Origin: Eledone cirrhosa
Lineage: Eukaryota
Direction: 5' to 3'
Assembly (NCBI GenBank): GCA_964016885.1
Contig: OZ024743.1
Location: 269,824,001-269,888,000 of the forward strand
DNA: 64,000 nt
The position numbers and the translations under genes are program-made. This document shows, in pieces, positions 13,301-25,300 of this stretch (positions are counted from its first letter, which is position 1; each line of letters opens with the position of its first letter). The notes under the pieces were generated by a model. That model saw only the letters and a list, made by a program, of their open reading frames with translations. It had not been told where the DNA came from and did no database searches.

Positions 13301-16300
13301 GATGTTAGTGGTGTTGGGAGTAGTGTTTGAGGTGGTGTTGATGTTAGTGGTGTTGGTAGTAGTGTTTGAGGTGGTGTTGATGTTAGCAGTGTTGGTAGTA
13401 GTGTTTGAGGTGCTGTTGATGTTAGTGGTGTTGGTAGTAGTGTTTGAGGTGGTGTTGATGTTAGTGGTGTTGGTAGTAGTGTTTGAGGTGGTGTTGATGT
13501 TAGTGGTGTTGGGGGTAGTGTTTGAAGAGGTGTTGATGTTAGTGGTGTTGGTAGTAGTGTTTGAGGTGGTGTTTATGTTAGTGGTATTGGTAGTAGTGTT
13601 TGAGGTGGTGTTGATGTTAGTGGTGTTGGTGGTAGTGTTTGAGGTGGTGTTGATGTTAGTGGTGTTGGTAGTAGTGTTTGAGGTGGTGTTGATGATAGAG
13701 GTGTTGGTAGTAGTGTTTGAGGTGGTGTTGATGTTAGAGGTGTTGGTAGTAGTGTTTGGGGTGGTGTTGATGTTAGTGGTGTTGGTAGTAGTGTTTGAGG
13801 TGGTGTTGATGTTATTGGTGATGGTAGTAGTGTTTGAGGTGGTGTTGATGTTAGAGGTGTTGGTAGTAGTGTTTGAGGTGGTGTTGATGTTAGTGGTGTT
13901 GGTAGTAGTGTTTGAGGTGGTGTTGACGTTAGAGGTGTTGGTAGTAGTGTTTGAGGTGGTGTTGATGTTAGTGGTGTTGGTAGTAGTGTTTGAGGTGGTG
14001 TTGATGTTAGTGGTGTTGGTAGTAGTGTTTGAGGTGGTGTTGACATTAGTGGTGTTGGTAGTAGTGTTTGAGGTGGTGTTGATGTTAGTGGTGTTGGTAG
14101 TAGTGTTTGAGGTGGTGTTGATGTTAGTGGTGTTGGTAGTAGTGTTTGAGGTGGTGTTGGTGTTAGTGGTGTTGGTAGTAGTGTTTGAGGTGGCGTTGAT
14201 GTTAGTGGTATTGATAGTAGTGTTTGAGGTGGTGTTGGTGTTAGTAGTGTTGGTAGTAGTGTTTGAGGTGGTGTTGATGTTAGTGGTGTTGGTAGTAGTG
14301 TTTGAGGTGGTGTTGATGTTAGTGGTGTTGGTAGTAGTGTTTGAGGTGGTGTTGGTGTTTGTGGTGTTGGTAGTAGTGTTTGAGGTGGTGTTGATGTTAG
14401 TGGTGTTGGTAGTAGTGTTTGAGGTGGTGTTGATGTTAGTGGTGTTGGTAGTAGTGTTTGAGGTGGTGTTGATGTTAGTGGTGTTGGTAGTAGTGTTTGA
14501 GGTGGTGTTGATGTTAGTGGTGTTGGTAGTAGTGTTTGAGGTGGTGTTGATGTTAGTGGTGTTGGTAGTAGTGTTTGAGGTGGTGTTGGTGTTAGTGGTG
14601 TTGGTAGTAGTGTTTGAGGCGGTGTTGGGGGTAGTGTTTGAGGTGGTGTTGATGTTAGTGGTGTTGGTAGTAGTGTTTGAGGTGGTGTTGGTGTTAGTGG
14701 TGTTGGTAGTAGTGTTTGAGGTGGTGTTAATGTTAGTGGTGTTGGTAGTAGTGTTTGCGGTGGTGTTGATGTTAGTGGTGTTGGTAGTAGTGTTTGAGGT
14801 GGTGTTGATGTTAGTGGTGTTGGTAGTAGTGTTTGAGGTGGTGTTGATGTTAGTGGTGTTGGGGGTAGTGTTTGAGGTGGTGTTGATGTTAGTGGTGTTG
14901 GTAGTAGTTTTTGAGGTGGTGTTGATGTTAGTGGTGTTGGTAGTAGTGTTTGACGTGGTGTTGATGTTAGTGGTGTTGGTAGTAGTGTTTGAGGTGGTGT
15001 TGATGTTAGCGGTGTTGGTAGTAGTGTTTGACATGGTGTTGATGTTAGTGGTGTTGGTAGTAGTGTTTGAGGTGGTGTTGATGTTAGCGGTGTTGGTAGT
15101 AGTGTTTGAGGTGGTGTTGATGTTAGTGGTGTTGGTAGTAGTGTTGGGGGTGGTGTTGATGTTAGTGGTGTTGGTAGTAGTGTTTGAGGTGGTGTTGATG
15201 TTAGTGGTGTTGGTAGTAGTGTTTGAGGTGGTGTTGATGTTAGCGGTGTTGGTAGTAGTGTTTGACATGGTGTTGATGTTAGTGGTGTTGGTAGTAGTGT
15301 TTGAGGTGGTGTTGATGTTAGCGGTGTTGGTAGTAGTGTTTGAGGTGGTGTTGATGTTAGTGGTGTTGGTAGTAGTGTTGGGGGTGGTGTTGATGTTAGT
15401 GGTGTTGGTAGTAGTGTTTGAGGTGGTGTTGATGTTAGTGGTGTTGGTAGTAGTGTTTGAGGTGGTGTTGATGTTAGTGGTGTTGGTAGTAGTGTTTGAG
15501 GTGGTGTTGATGTTAGTGGTGTTGGTGGTAGTGTTTGACGTGGTGTTGATGTTAGTGGTCTTGGTAGTAGTGTTTGAGGTGGTGTTGATGTTAGTGGTGT
15601 TGGTAGTAGTGTTTGCGGTGGTGTTGATGTTAGTGGTGTTGGTAGTAGTTTTTGAGGTGGTGTTGATGTTAGTGGTGTTGGTAGTAGTGTTTGACGTGGT
15701 GTTGATGTTAGTGGTGTTGGTAGTAGTGTTTGAGGTGGTGTTGATGTTAGCGGTGTTGGTAGTAGTGTTTGAGGTGGTGTTGACGTTGGAGGTGTTGGTA
15801 GTAGTGTTTGAGGTGGTGTTGATGTTAGTGGTGTTGGTAGTAGTGTTTGAGGTGGTGTTGATGTTAGTGGTGTTGGTAGTAGTGTTTGAGGTGGTGTTGA
15901 TGTTAGTGGTATTGGTAGTAGTGTTTGAGGTGGTGTTGACGTTAGTGGTGTTGGTAGTAGTGTTTGAGGTGGTGTTGATGTTAGTAGTGTTGGTAGTAGT
16001 GTTTGAGGTGGTGTTGGTGTTAGTGGTGTTGGTAGTAGTGTTTGAGATGGTGTTGATGTTAGTAGTGTTGGTAGTAGTGTTTGAGGTGGTGTTGATGTTA
16101 GTGGTGTTGGTAGCAGTGTTTGAGGTGGTGTTGATGTTAGTGGTGTTGGTAGTAGTGTTTGAGGTGGTGTTGATGTTAGTGGTGTTGGTAGTAGTGTTTG
16201 AGGTGGTGTTGATGTTAGTGGTGTTGGTAGTATTGTTTGAGGTGGTGTTGGTGTTTGTGGTGTTGGTAGTAGTGTTTGAGGTGGTGTTGATGTTAGTGGT

Positions 16301-19300
16301 GTTGGTAGTAGTGTTTGAGGTGGTGTTGATGTTAGTGGTGTTGGTAGTAGTGTTTGAGGTGGTGTTGATGTTAGTGGTGTTGGTAGTAGTGTTTGAGGTG
16401 GTGTTGATGTTAGTGGTGTTGGTAGTAGTGTTTGAGGTGGTGTTGATGTTAGTGGTGTTGGTAGTAGTGTTTTGAGGTGGTGTTGATGTTAGTGGTGTTG
16501 GTAGTAGTGTTTGAGGTGGTGTTGATGTTAGTGGTATTGGTAGTAGTGTTTGAGGTGGTGTTGATGTTAGTGGTGTTGGTAGTAGTGTTTGAGGTGGTGT
16601 TGATGTTAGTGGTGTTGGTAGTAGTGTGTGAGGTGGTGTTGATGTTAGTGGTGTTGGTAGTAGTGTTTGAGGTGGTGTTGATGTTAGTGGTGTTTGTAGT
16701 AGTGTTTGAGGTGGTGTTGATGTTAGTGGTGTTGGTAGTAGTGTTTGAGGTGGTGTTGATGTTAGTGGTGTTGGTAGTAGTGTTTGAGGTGGTGTTGGTG
16801 TGAGAGGTGTTGGTAGTAGTGTTTGAGGTGGTGTTGATGTTAGTGGTGTTGGTAGTAGTGTTTGAGGTGGTGTTGATGTTAGTGGTGTTGGTAGTAGTGT
16901 TTGAGGTGGTGTTGATGTTAGTGGTGTTGGTAGTAGTGTTTGAGGTGGTGTTGATGTTAGTGGTGTTGTTAGTAGTGTTTGAGGTGGTGTTGATGTTAGT
17001 GGTGTTGGTAGTAGTGTTTGAGGCGGTGTTGGGGGTAGTGTTTGAGGTGGTGTTGATGTTAGTGGTGTTGGTAGTAGTGTTTGAGGTGGTGTTGATGTTA
17101 GTGGTGTTGGTAGTAGTGTTTGAGGCGGTGTTGGGGGTAGTGTTTGAGGTGGTGTTGATGTTAGTGGTGTTGGTAGTAGTGTTTGAGGTGGTGTTGATGT
17201 TAGTGGTGTTGGTAGTAGTGTTCGAGGTGGTGTTGATGTTAGTGGTGTTGGTAGTAGTGTTTGAGGTGGTGTTGGTGTTAGTGGTGTTGGTAGTAGTGTT
17301 TGAGGTGGTGTTAATGTTAGTGGTGTTGGTAGTAGTGTTTGCGGTGGTGTTGATGTTAGTGGTGTTGGTAGTAGTGTTTGAGGTGGTGTTGATGTTAGTG
17401 GTGTTGGTAGTAGTGTTTGAGGTGGTGTTGATGTTAGTGGTGTTGGGGGTAGTGTTTGAGGTGGTGTTGATGTTAGTGGTGTTGGTAGTAGTTTTTGAGG
17501 TGGTGTTGATGTTAGTGGTGTTGGTAGTAGTGTTTGACGTGGTGTTGATGTTAGTGGTGTTGGTAGTAGTGTTTGAGGTGGTGTTGATGTTAGCGGTGTT
17601 GGTAGTAGTGTTTGACATGGTGTTGATGTTAGTGGTGTTGGTAGTAGTGTTTGAGGTGGTGTTGATGTTAGCGGTGTTGGTAGTAGTGTTTGAGGTGGTG
17701 TTGATGTTAGTGGTGTTGGTAGTAGTGTTGGGGGTGGTGTTGATGTTAGTGGTGTTGGTAGTAGTGTTTGAGGTGGTGTTGATGTTAGTGGTGTTGGTAG
17801 TAGTGTTTGAGGTGGTGTTGATGTTAGTGGTGTTGGTAGTAGTGTTTGAGGTGGTGTTGATGTTAGTGGTGTTGGTAGTAGTGTTTGACGTGGTGTTGAT
17901 GTTAGTGGTCTTGGTAGTAGTGTTTGAGGTGGTGTTGATGTTAGTGGTGTTGGTAGTAGTGTTTGAGGTGGTGTTGATGTTAGTGGTGTTGGTAGTAGTG
18001 TTTGAGGTGGTGTTGATGTTAGTGGTATTGGTAGTAGTGTTTGAGGTGGTGTTGATGTTAGTGGTGTTGGTAGTAGTGTTTGAGGTGGTGTTGATGTTAG
18101 TGGTGTTGGTAGTAGTGTTTGAGGTGGTGTTGATGTTAGTGGTGTTGGTAGTAGTGTTTGAGGTGGTGTTGATGTTAGTGGTGTTGGTAGTAGTGTTTGA
18201 GGTGGTGTTGATGTTAGTGGTGTTGGTAGTAGTGTTTGAGGTGGTGTTGATGTTAGTGGTGTTGGTAGTAGTGTTTGAAGTGGTGTTGATGTTAGTGGTA
18301 TTGGTAGTAGTGTTTGAGGTGGTGTTGATGTTAGTGGTGTTGGTAGTAGTGTTTGAGGTGGTGTTGATGTTAGTTGTGTTGGTAGTAGTGTTTGAGGTGG
18401 TGTTGATGTTAGTGGTATTGGTAGTAGTGTTTGAGGTGGTGTTGATGTTAGTGGTGTTGGTAGTAGTGTTTGAGGTGGTGTTGATGTTAGTGGTGTTGGT
18501 AGTAGTGTTTGAGGTGGTGTTGATGTTAGTGGTGTTGGTAGTAGTGTTTGAGGTGGTGTTGATGTTAGTGGTGTTGGTAGTAGTGTTTGAGGTGGTGTTG
18601 ATGTTAGTGGTGTTGGTAGTAGTGTTTGAGGTGGTGTTGATGTTAGTGGTGTTGGGGGTAGTGTTTGAAGTGGTGTTGATGTTAGTGGTGTTGGTAGTAG
18701 TGTTTGAGGTGGTGTTGATGTTAGTGGTGTTGGGGGTAGTGTTTGAGGTGGTGTTGATGTTAGTGGTGTTGGTAGTAGTGTTTGAGGTGGTGTTGATGTT
18801 AGCAGTGTTGGTAGTAGTGTTTGAGGTGCTGTTGATGTTAGTGGTGTTGGTAGTAGTGTTTGAGGTGGTGTTGATGTTAGTGGTGTTGGGGGTAGTGTTT
18901 GAAGTGGTGTTGATGTTAGTGGTGTTGGTAGTAGTGTTTGAGGTGGTGTTGATGTTAGTGGTGTTGGTTGTAGTGTCTGAGGTGGTGTTGATGTTAGTGG
19001 TGTTGGTAGTAGTGTTTGAGGTGGTGTTGATGTTAGTGGTGTTGGTAGTAGTGTTTGAGGTGGTGTTGATGTTAGTGGTGTTGGTAGTAGTGTTTGAGGT
19101 GGTGTTGATGTTAGTGGTGTTGGTTGTAGTGTCTGAGGTGGTGTTGATGTTAGTGGTGTTGGTAGTAGTGTTTGAGGTGGTGTTGATGTTAGTGGTGTTG
19201 GTAGTAGTGTTTGAGGTGGTGTTGATGTTAGTGGTGTTGGTAGTAGTGTTTGAGGTGGTGTTGATGTTAGTGGTGTTGGGGGTAGTGTTTGAAGTGGTGT

Positions 19301-22300
19301 TGATGTTAGTGGTGTTGGTAGTAGTGTTTGAGGTGGTGTTGATGTTAGTGGTGTTGGGGGTAGTGTTTGAGGTGGTGTTGATGTTAGTGGTGTTGGTAGT
19401 AGTGTTTGAGGTGGTGTTGATGTTAGTGGTGTTGGTTGTAGTGTCTGAGGTGGTGTTGATGTTAGTGGTGTTGGTAGTAGTGTTTGAGGTGGTGTTGATG
19501 TTAGTGGTGTTGGGGGTAGTGTTTGAGGTGGTGTTGATGTTAGTGGTGTTGGTAGTAGTGTTTGAGGTGGTGTTGATGTTAGCAGTGTTGGTAGTAGTGT
19601 TTGAGGTGCTGTTGATGTTAGTGGTGTTGGTAGTAGTGTTTGAAGTGGTGTTGATGTTAGTGGTGTTGGTAGTAGTGTTTGAGGTGGTGTTGATGTTAGT
19701 GGTGTTGGGGGTATTGTTTGAAGAGGTGTTGATGTTAGTGGTGTTGGTAGTAGTGTTTGAGGTGGTGTTTATGTTAGTGGTATTGGTAGTAGTGTTTGAG
19801 GTGGTGTTGATGTTAGTGGTGTTGGTGGTAGTGTTTGAGGTGGTGTTGATGTTAGTGGTGTTGGTAGTAGTGTTTGAGGTGGTGTTGATGATAGAGGTGT
19901 TGGTAGTAGTGTTTGAGGTGGTGTTGATGTTAGAGGTGTTGGTAGTAGTGTTTGGGGTGGTGTTGATGTTAGTGGTGTTGGTAGTAGTGTTTGAGTTGGT
20001 GTTGATGTTATTGGTGATGGTAGTAGTGTTTGAGGTGGTGTTGATGTTAGAGGTGTTGGTAGTAGTGTTTGAGGTGGTGTTGATGTTAGTGGTGTTGGTA
20101 GTAGTGTTTGAGGTGGTATTGACGTTAGAGGTGTTGGTAGTAGTGTTTGAGGTGGTGTTGATGTTAGTGGTGTTGGTAGTAGTGTTTGAGGTGGTGTTGA
20201 TGTTAGTGGTGTTGGTAGTAGTGTTTGAGGTGGTGTTGACATTAGTGGTGTTGGTAGTAGTGTTTGAGGTGGTGTTGATGTTAGTGGTGTTGGTAGTAGT
20301 GTTTGAGGTGGTGTTGATGTTAGTGGTGTTGGTAGTAGTGTTTGAGGTGGTGTTGGTGTTAGTGGTGTTGGTAGTAGTGTTTGAGGTGGCGTTGATGTTA
20401 GTGGTATTGATAGTAGTGTTTGAGGTGGTGTTGGTGTTAGTAGTGTTGGTAGTAGTGTTTGAGGTGGTGTTGATGTTAGTGGTGTTGGTAGTAGTGTTTG
20501 AGGTGGTGTTGATGTTAGTGGTGTTGGTAGTAGTGTTTGAGGTGGTGTTGATGTTAGTGGTGTTGGTAGTAGTGTTTGAGGTGGTGTTGATGTTAGAGGT
20601 GTTGGTAGTAGTGTTTGAGGTGGTGTTGATGTTAGTGGTGTTGGTAGTAGTGTTTGAGGTGGTGTTGACGTTAGAGGTGTTGGTAGTAGTGTTTGAGGTG
20701 GTGTTGATGTTAGTGGTGTTGGTAGTAGTGTTTGAGGTGGTGTTGATGTTAGTGGTGTTGGTAGTAGTGTTTGAGGTGGTGTTGACATTAGTGGTGTTGG
20801 TAGTAGTGTTTGAGGTGGTGTTGATGTTAGTGGTGTTGGTAGTAGTGTTTGAGGTGGTGTTGATGTTAGTGGTGTTGGTAGTAGTGTTTGAGGTGGTGTT
20901 GGTGTTAGTGGTGTTGGTAGTAGTGTTTGAGGTGGCGTTGATGTAGTGGTATTGATAGTAGTGTTTGAGGTGGTGTTGGTGTTAGTAGTGTTGGTAGTAG
21001 TGTTTGAGGTGGTGTTGATGTTAGTGGTGTTGGTAGTAGTGTTTGAGGTGGTGTTGATGTTAGTGGTGTTGGTAGTAGTGTTTGAGGTGGTGTTGATGTT
21101 AGTGGTGTTGGTAGTAGTGTTTGAGGTGGTGTTGGTGTTAGTGGTGTTGGTAGTAGTGTTTGAGGTGGTGTTGATGTTAGTGGTGTTGGTAGTAGTGTTT
21201 GAGGCGGTGTTGGGGGTAGTGTTTGAGGTGGTGTTGATGTTAGTGGTGTTGGTAGTAGTGTTTGAGGTGGTGTTGATGTTAGTGGTGTTGGTAGTAGTGT
21301 TCGAGGTGGTGTTGATGTTAGTGGTGTTGGTAGTAGTGTTTGAGGTGGTGTTGGTGTTAGTGGTGTTGGTAGTAGTGTTTGAGGTGGTGTTAATGTTAGT
21401 GGTGTTGGTAGTAGTGTTTGCGGTGGTGTTGATGTTAGTGGTGTTGGTAGTAGTGTTTGAGGTGGTGTTGATGTTAGTGGTGTTGGTAGTAGTGTTTGAG
21501 GTGGTGTTGATGTTAGTGGTGTTGGGGGTAGTGTTTGAGGTGGTGTTGATGTTAGTGGTGTTGGTAGTAGTTTTTGAGGTGGTGTTGATGTTAGTGGTGT
21601 TGGTAGTAGTGTTTGACGTGGTGTTGATGTTAGTGGTGTTGGTAGTAGTGTTTGAGGTGGTGTTGATGTTAGCGGTGTTGGTAGTAGTGTTTGACATGGT
21701 GTTGATGTTAGTGGTGTTGGTAGTAGTGTTTGAGGTGGTGTTGATGTTAGCGGTGTTGGTAGTAGTGTTTGAGGTGGTGTTGATGTTAGTGGTGTTGGTA
21801 GTAGTGTTGGGGGTGGTGTTGATGTTAGTGGTGTTGGTAGTAGTGTTTGAGGTGGTGTTGATGTTAGTGGTGTTGGTAGTAGTGTTTGAGGTGGTGTTGA
21901 TGTTAGTGGTGTTGGTAGTAGTGTTTGAGGTGGTGTTGATGTTAGTGGTGTTGGTGGTAGTGTTTGACGTGGTGTTGATGTTAGTGGTCTTGGTAGTAGT
22001 GTTTGAGGTGGTGTTGATGTTAGTGGTGTTGGTAGTAGTGTTTGAGGTGGTGTTGATGTTAGTGGTGTTGGTAGTAGTTTTTGAGGTGGTGTTGATGTTA
22101 GTGGTGTTGGTAGTAGTGTTTGACGTGGTGTTGATGTTAGTGGTGTTGGTAGTAGTGTTTGAGGTGGTGTTGATGTTAGCGGTGTTGGTAGTAGTGTTTG
22201 AGGTGGTGTTGACGTTGGAGGTGTTGGTAGTAGTGTTTGAGGTGGTGTTGATGTTAGTGGTGTTGGTAGTAGTGTTTGAGGTGGTGTTGATGTTAGTGGT

Positions 22301-25300
22301 GTTGGTAGTAGTGTTTGAGGTGGTGTTGATGTTAGTGGTATTGGTAGTAGTGTTTGAGGTGGTGTTGACGTTAGTGGTGTTGGTAGTAGTGTTTGAGGTG
22401 GTGTTGATGTTAGTAGTGTTGGTAGTAGTGTTTGAGGTGGTGTTGGTGTTAGTGGTGTTGGTAGTAGTGTTTGAGATGGTGTTGATGTTAGTAGTGTTGG
22501 TAGTAGTGTTTGAGGTGGTGTTGATGTTAGTGGTGTTGGTAGCAGTGTTTGAGGTGGTGTTGATGTTAGTGGTGTTGGTAGTAGTGTTTGAGGTGGTGTT
22601 GATGTTAGTGGTGTTGGTAGTAGTGTTTGAGGTGGTGTTGATGTTAGTGGTGTTGGTAGTATTGTTTGAGGTGGTGTTGGTGTTTGTGGTGTTGGTAGTA
22701 GTGTTTGAGGTGGTGTTGATGTTAGTGGTGTTGGTAGTAGTGTTTGAGGTGGTGTTGATGTTAGTGGTGTTGGTAGTAGTGTTTGAGGTGGTGTTGATGT
22801 TAGTGGTGTACGTAGTAGTGTTTGAGGTGGTGTTGATGTTAGTGGTGTTGGTAGTAGTGTTTGAGGTGGTGTTGATGTTAGTGGTGTTGGTAGTAGTGTT
22901 TTGAGGTGGTGTTGATGTTAGTGGTGTTGGTAGTAGTGTTTGAGGTGGTGTTGATGTTAGTGGTATTGGTAGTAGTGTTTGAGGTGGTGTTGATGTTAGT
23001 GGTGTTGGTAGTAGTGTTTGAGGTGGTGTTGATGTTAGTGGTGTTGGTAGTAGTGTTTGAGGTGGTGTTGATGTTAGTGGTGTTGGTAGTAGTGTTTGAG
23101 GTGGTGTTGATGTTAGTGGTGTTTGTAGTAGTGTTTGAGGTGGTGTTGATGTTAGTGGTGTTGGTAGTAGTGTTTGAGGTGGTGTTGATGTTAGTGGTGT
23201 TGGTAGTAGTGTTTGAGGTGGTGTTGATGTTAGTGGTGTTGGTAGTAGTGTTTGAGGTGGTGTTGATGTTAGTGGTGTTGGGGGTAGTGTTTGAGGTGGT
23301 GTTGATGTTAGTGGTGTTGGTAGTAGTGTTTGAGGTGGTGTTGATGTTAGTGGTGTTGGGGGTAGTGTTTGAGGTGGTGTTGATGTTAGTGGTGTTGGTA
23401 GTAGTGTTTGAGGTGGTGTTGATGTTAGCAGTGTTGGTAGTAGTGTTTGAGGTGCTGTTGATGTTAGTGGTGTTGGTAGTAGTGTTTGAGGTGGTGTTGA
23501 TGTTAGTGGTGTTGGTAGTAGTGTTTGAGGTGGTGTTGATGTTAGTGGTGTTGGGGGTAGTGTTTGAAGAGGTGTTGATGTTAGTGGTGTTGGTAGTAGT
23601 GTTTGAGGTGGTGTTTATGTTAGTGGTATTGGTAGTAGTGTTTGAGGTGGTGTTGATGTTAGTGGTGTTGGTGGTAGTGTTTGAGGTGGTGTTGATGTTA
23701 GTGGTGTTGGTAGTAGTGTTTGAGGTGGTGTTGATGATAGAGGTGTTGGTAGTAGTGTTTGAGGTGGTGTTGATGTTAGAGGTGTTGGTAGTAGTGTTTG
23801 GGGTGGTGTTGATGTTAGTGGTGTTGGTAGTAGTGTTTGAGGTGGTGTTGATGTTATTGGTGATGGTAGTAGTGTTTGAGGTGGTGTTGATGTTAGAGGT
23901 GTTGGTAGTAGTGTTTGAGGTGGTGTTGATGTTAGTGGTGTTGGTAGTAGTGTTTGAGGTGGTGTTGACGTTAGAGGTGTTGGTAGTAGTGTTTGAGGTG
24001 GTGTTGATGTTAGTGGAGTTGGTAGTAGTGTTTGAGGTGGTGTTGATGTTAGTGGTGTTGGTAGTAGTGTTTGAGGTGGTGTTGACATTAGTGGTGTTGG
24101 TAGTAGTGTTTGAGGTGGTGTTGATGTTAGTGGTGTTGGTAGTAGTGTTTGAGGTGGTGTTGATGTTAGTGGTGTTGGTAGTAGTGTTTGAGGTGGTGTT
24201 GGTGTTAGTGGTGTTGGTAGTAGTGTTTGAGGTGGCGTTGATGTTAGTGGTATTGATAGTAGTGTTTGAGGTGGTGTTGGTGTTAGTAGTGTTGGTAGTA
24301 GTGTTTGAGGTGGTGTTGATGTTAGTGGTGTTGGTAGTAGTGTTTGAGGTGGTGTTGATGTTAGTGGTGTTGGTAGTAGTGTTTGAGGTGGTGTTGGTGT
24401 TTGTGGTGTTGGTAGTAGTGTTTGAGGTGGTGTTGATGTTAGTGGTGTTGGTAGTAGTGTTTGAGGTGGTGTTGATGTTAGTGGTGTTGGTAGTAGTGTT
24501 TGAGGTGGTGTTGATGTTAGTGGTGTTGGTAGTAGTGTTTGAGGTGGTTTTGATGTTAGTGGTGTTGGTAGTAGTGTTTGAGGTGGTGTTGATGTTAGTG
24601 GTGTTGGTAGTAGTGTTTGAGGTGGTGTTGGTGTTAGTGGTGTTGGTAGTAGTGTTTGAGGTGGTGTTGATGTTAGTGGTGTTGGTAGTAGTGTTTGAGG
24701 CGGTGTTGGGGGTAGTGTTTGAGGTGGTGTTGATGTTAGTGGTGTTGGTAGTAGTGTTTGAGGTGGTGTTGATGTTAGTGGTGTTGGTAGTAGTGTTCGA
24801 GGTGGTGTTGATGTTAGTGGTGTTGGTAGTAGTGTTTGAGGTGGTGTTGGTGTTAGTGGTGTTGGTAGTAGTGTTTGAGGTGGTGTTAATGTTAGTGGTG
24901 TTGGTAGTAGTGTTTGCGGTGGTGTTGATGTTAGTGGTGTTGGTAGTAGTGTTTGAGGTGGTGTTGATGTTAGTGGTGTTGGTAGTAGTGTTTGAGGTGG
25001 TGTTGATGTTAGTGGTGTTGGGGGTAGTGTTTGAGGTGGTGTTGATGTTAGTGGTGTTGGTAGTAGTTTTTGAGGTGGTGTTGGTAGTAGTGTTTGAGGT
25101 GGTGTTGATGTTAGCGGTGTTGGTAGTAGTGTTTGAGGTGGTGTTGATGTTAGTGGTGTTGGTAGTAGTGTTGGGGGTAGTGTTGATGTTAGTGGTGTTG
25201 GTAGTAGTGTTTGAGGTGGTGTTGATGTTAGTGGTGTTGGTAGTAGTGTTTGAGGTGGTGTTGATGTTAGTGGTGTTGGTAGTAGTGTTTGAGGTGGTGT

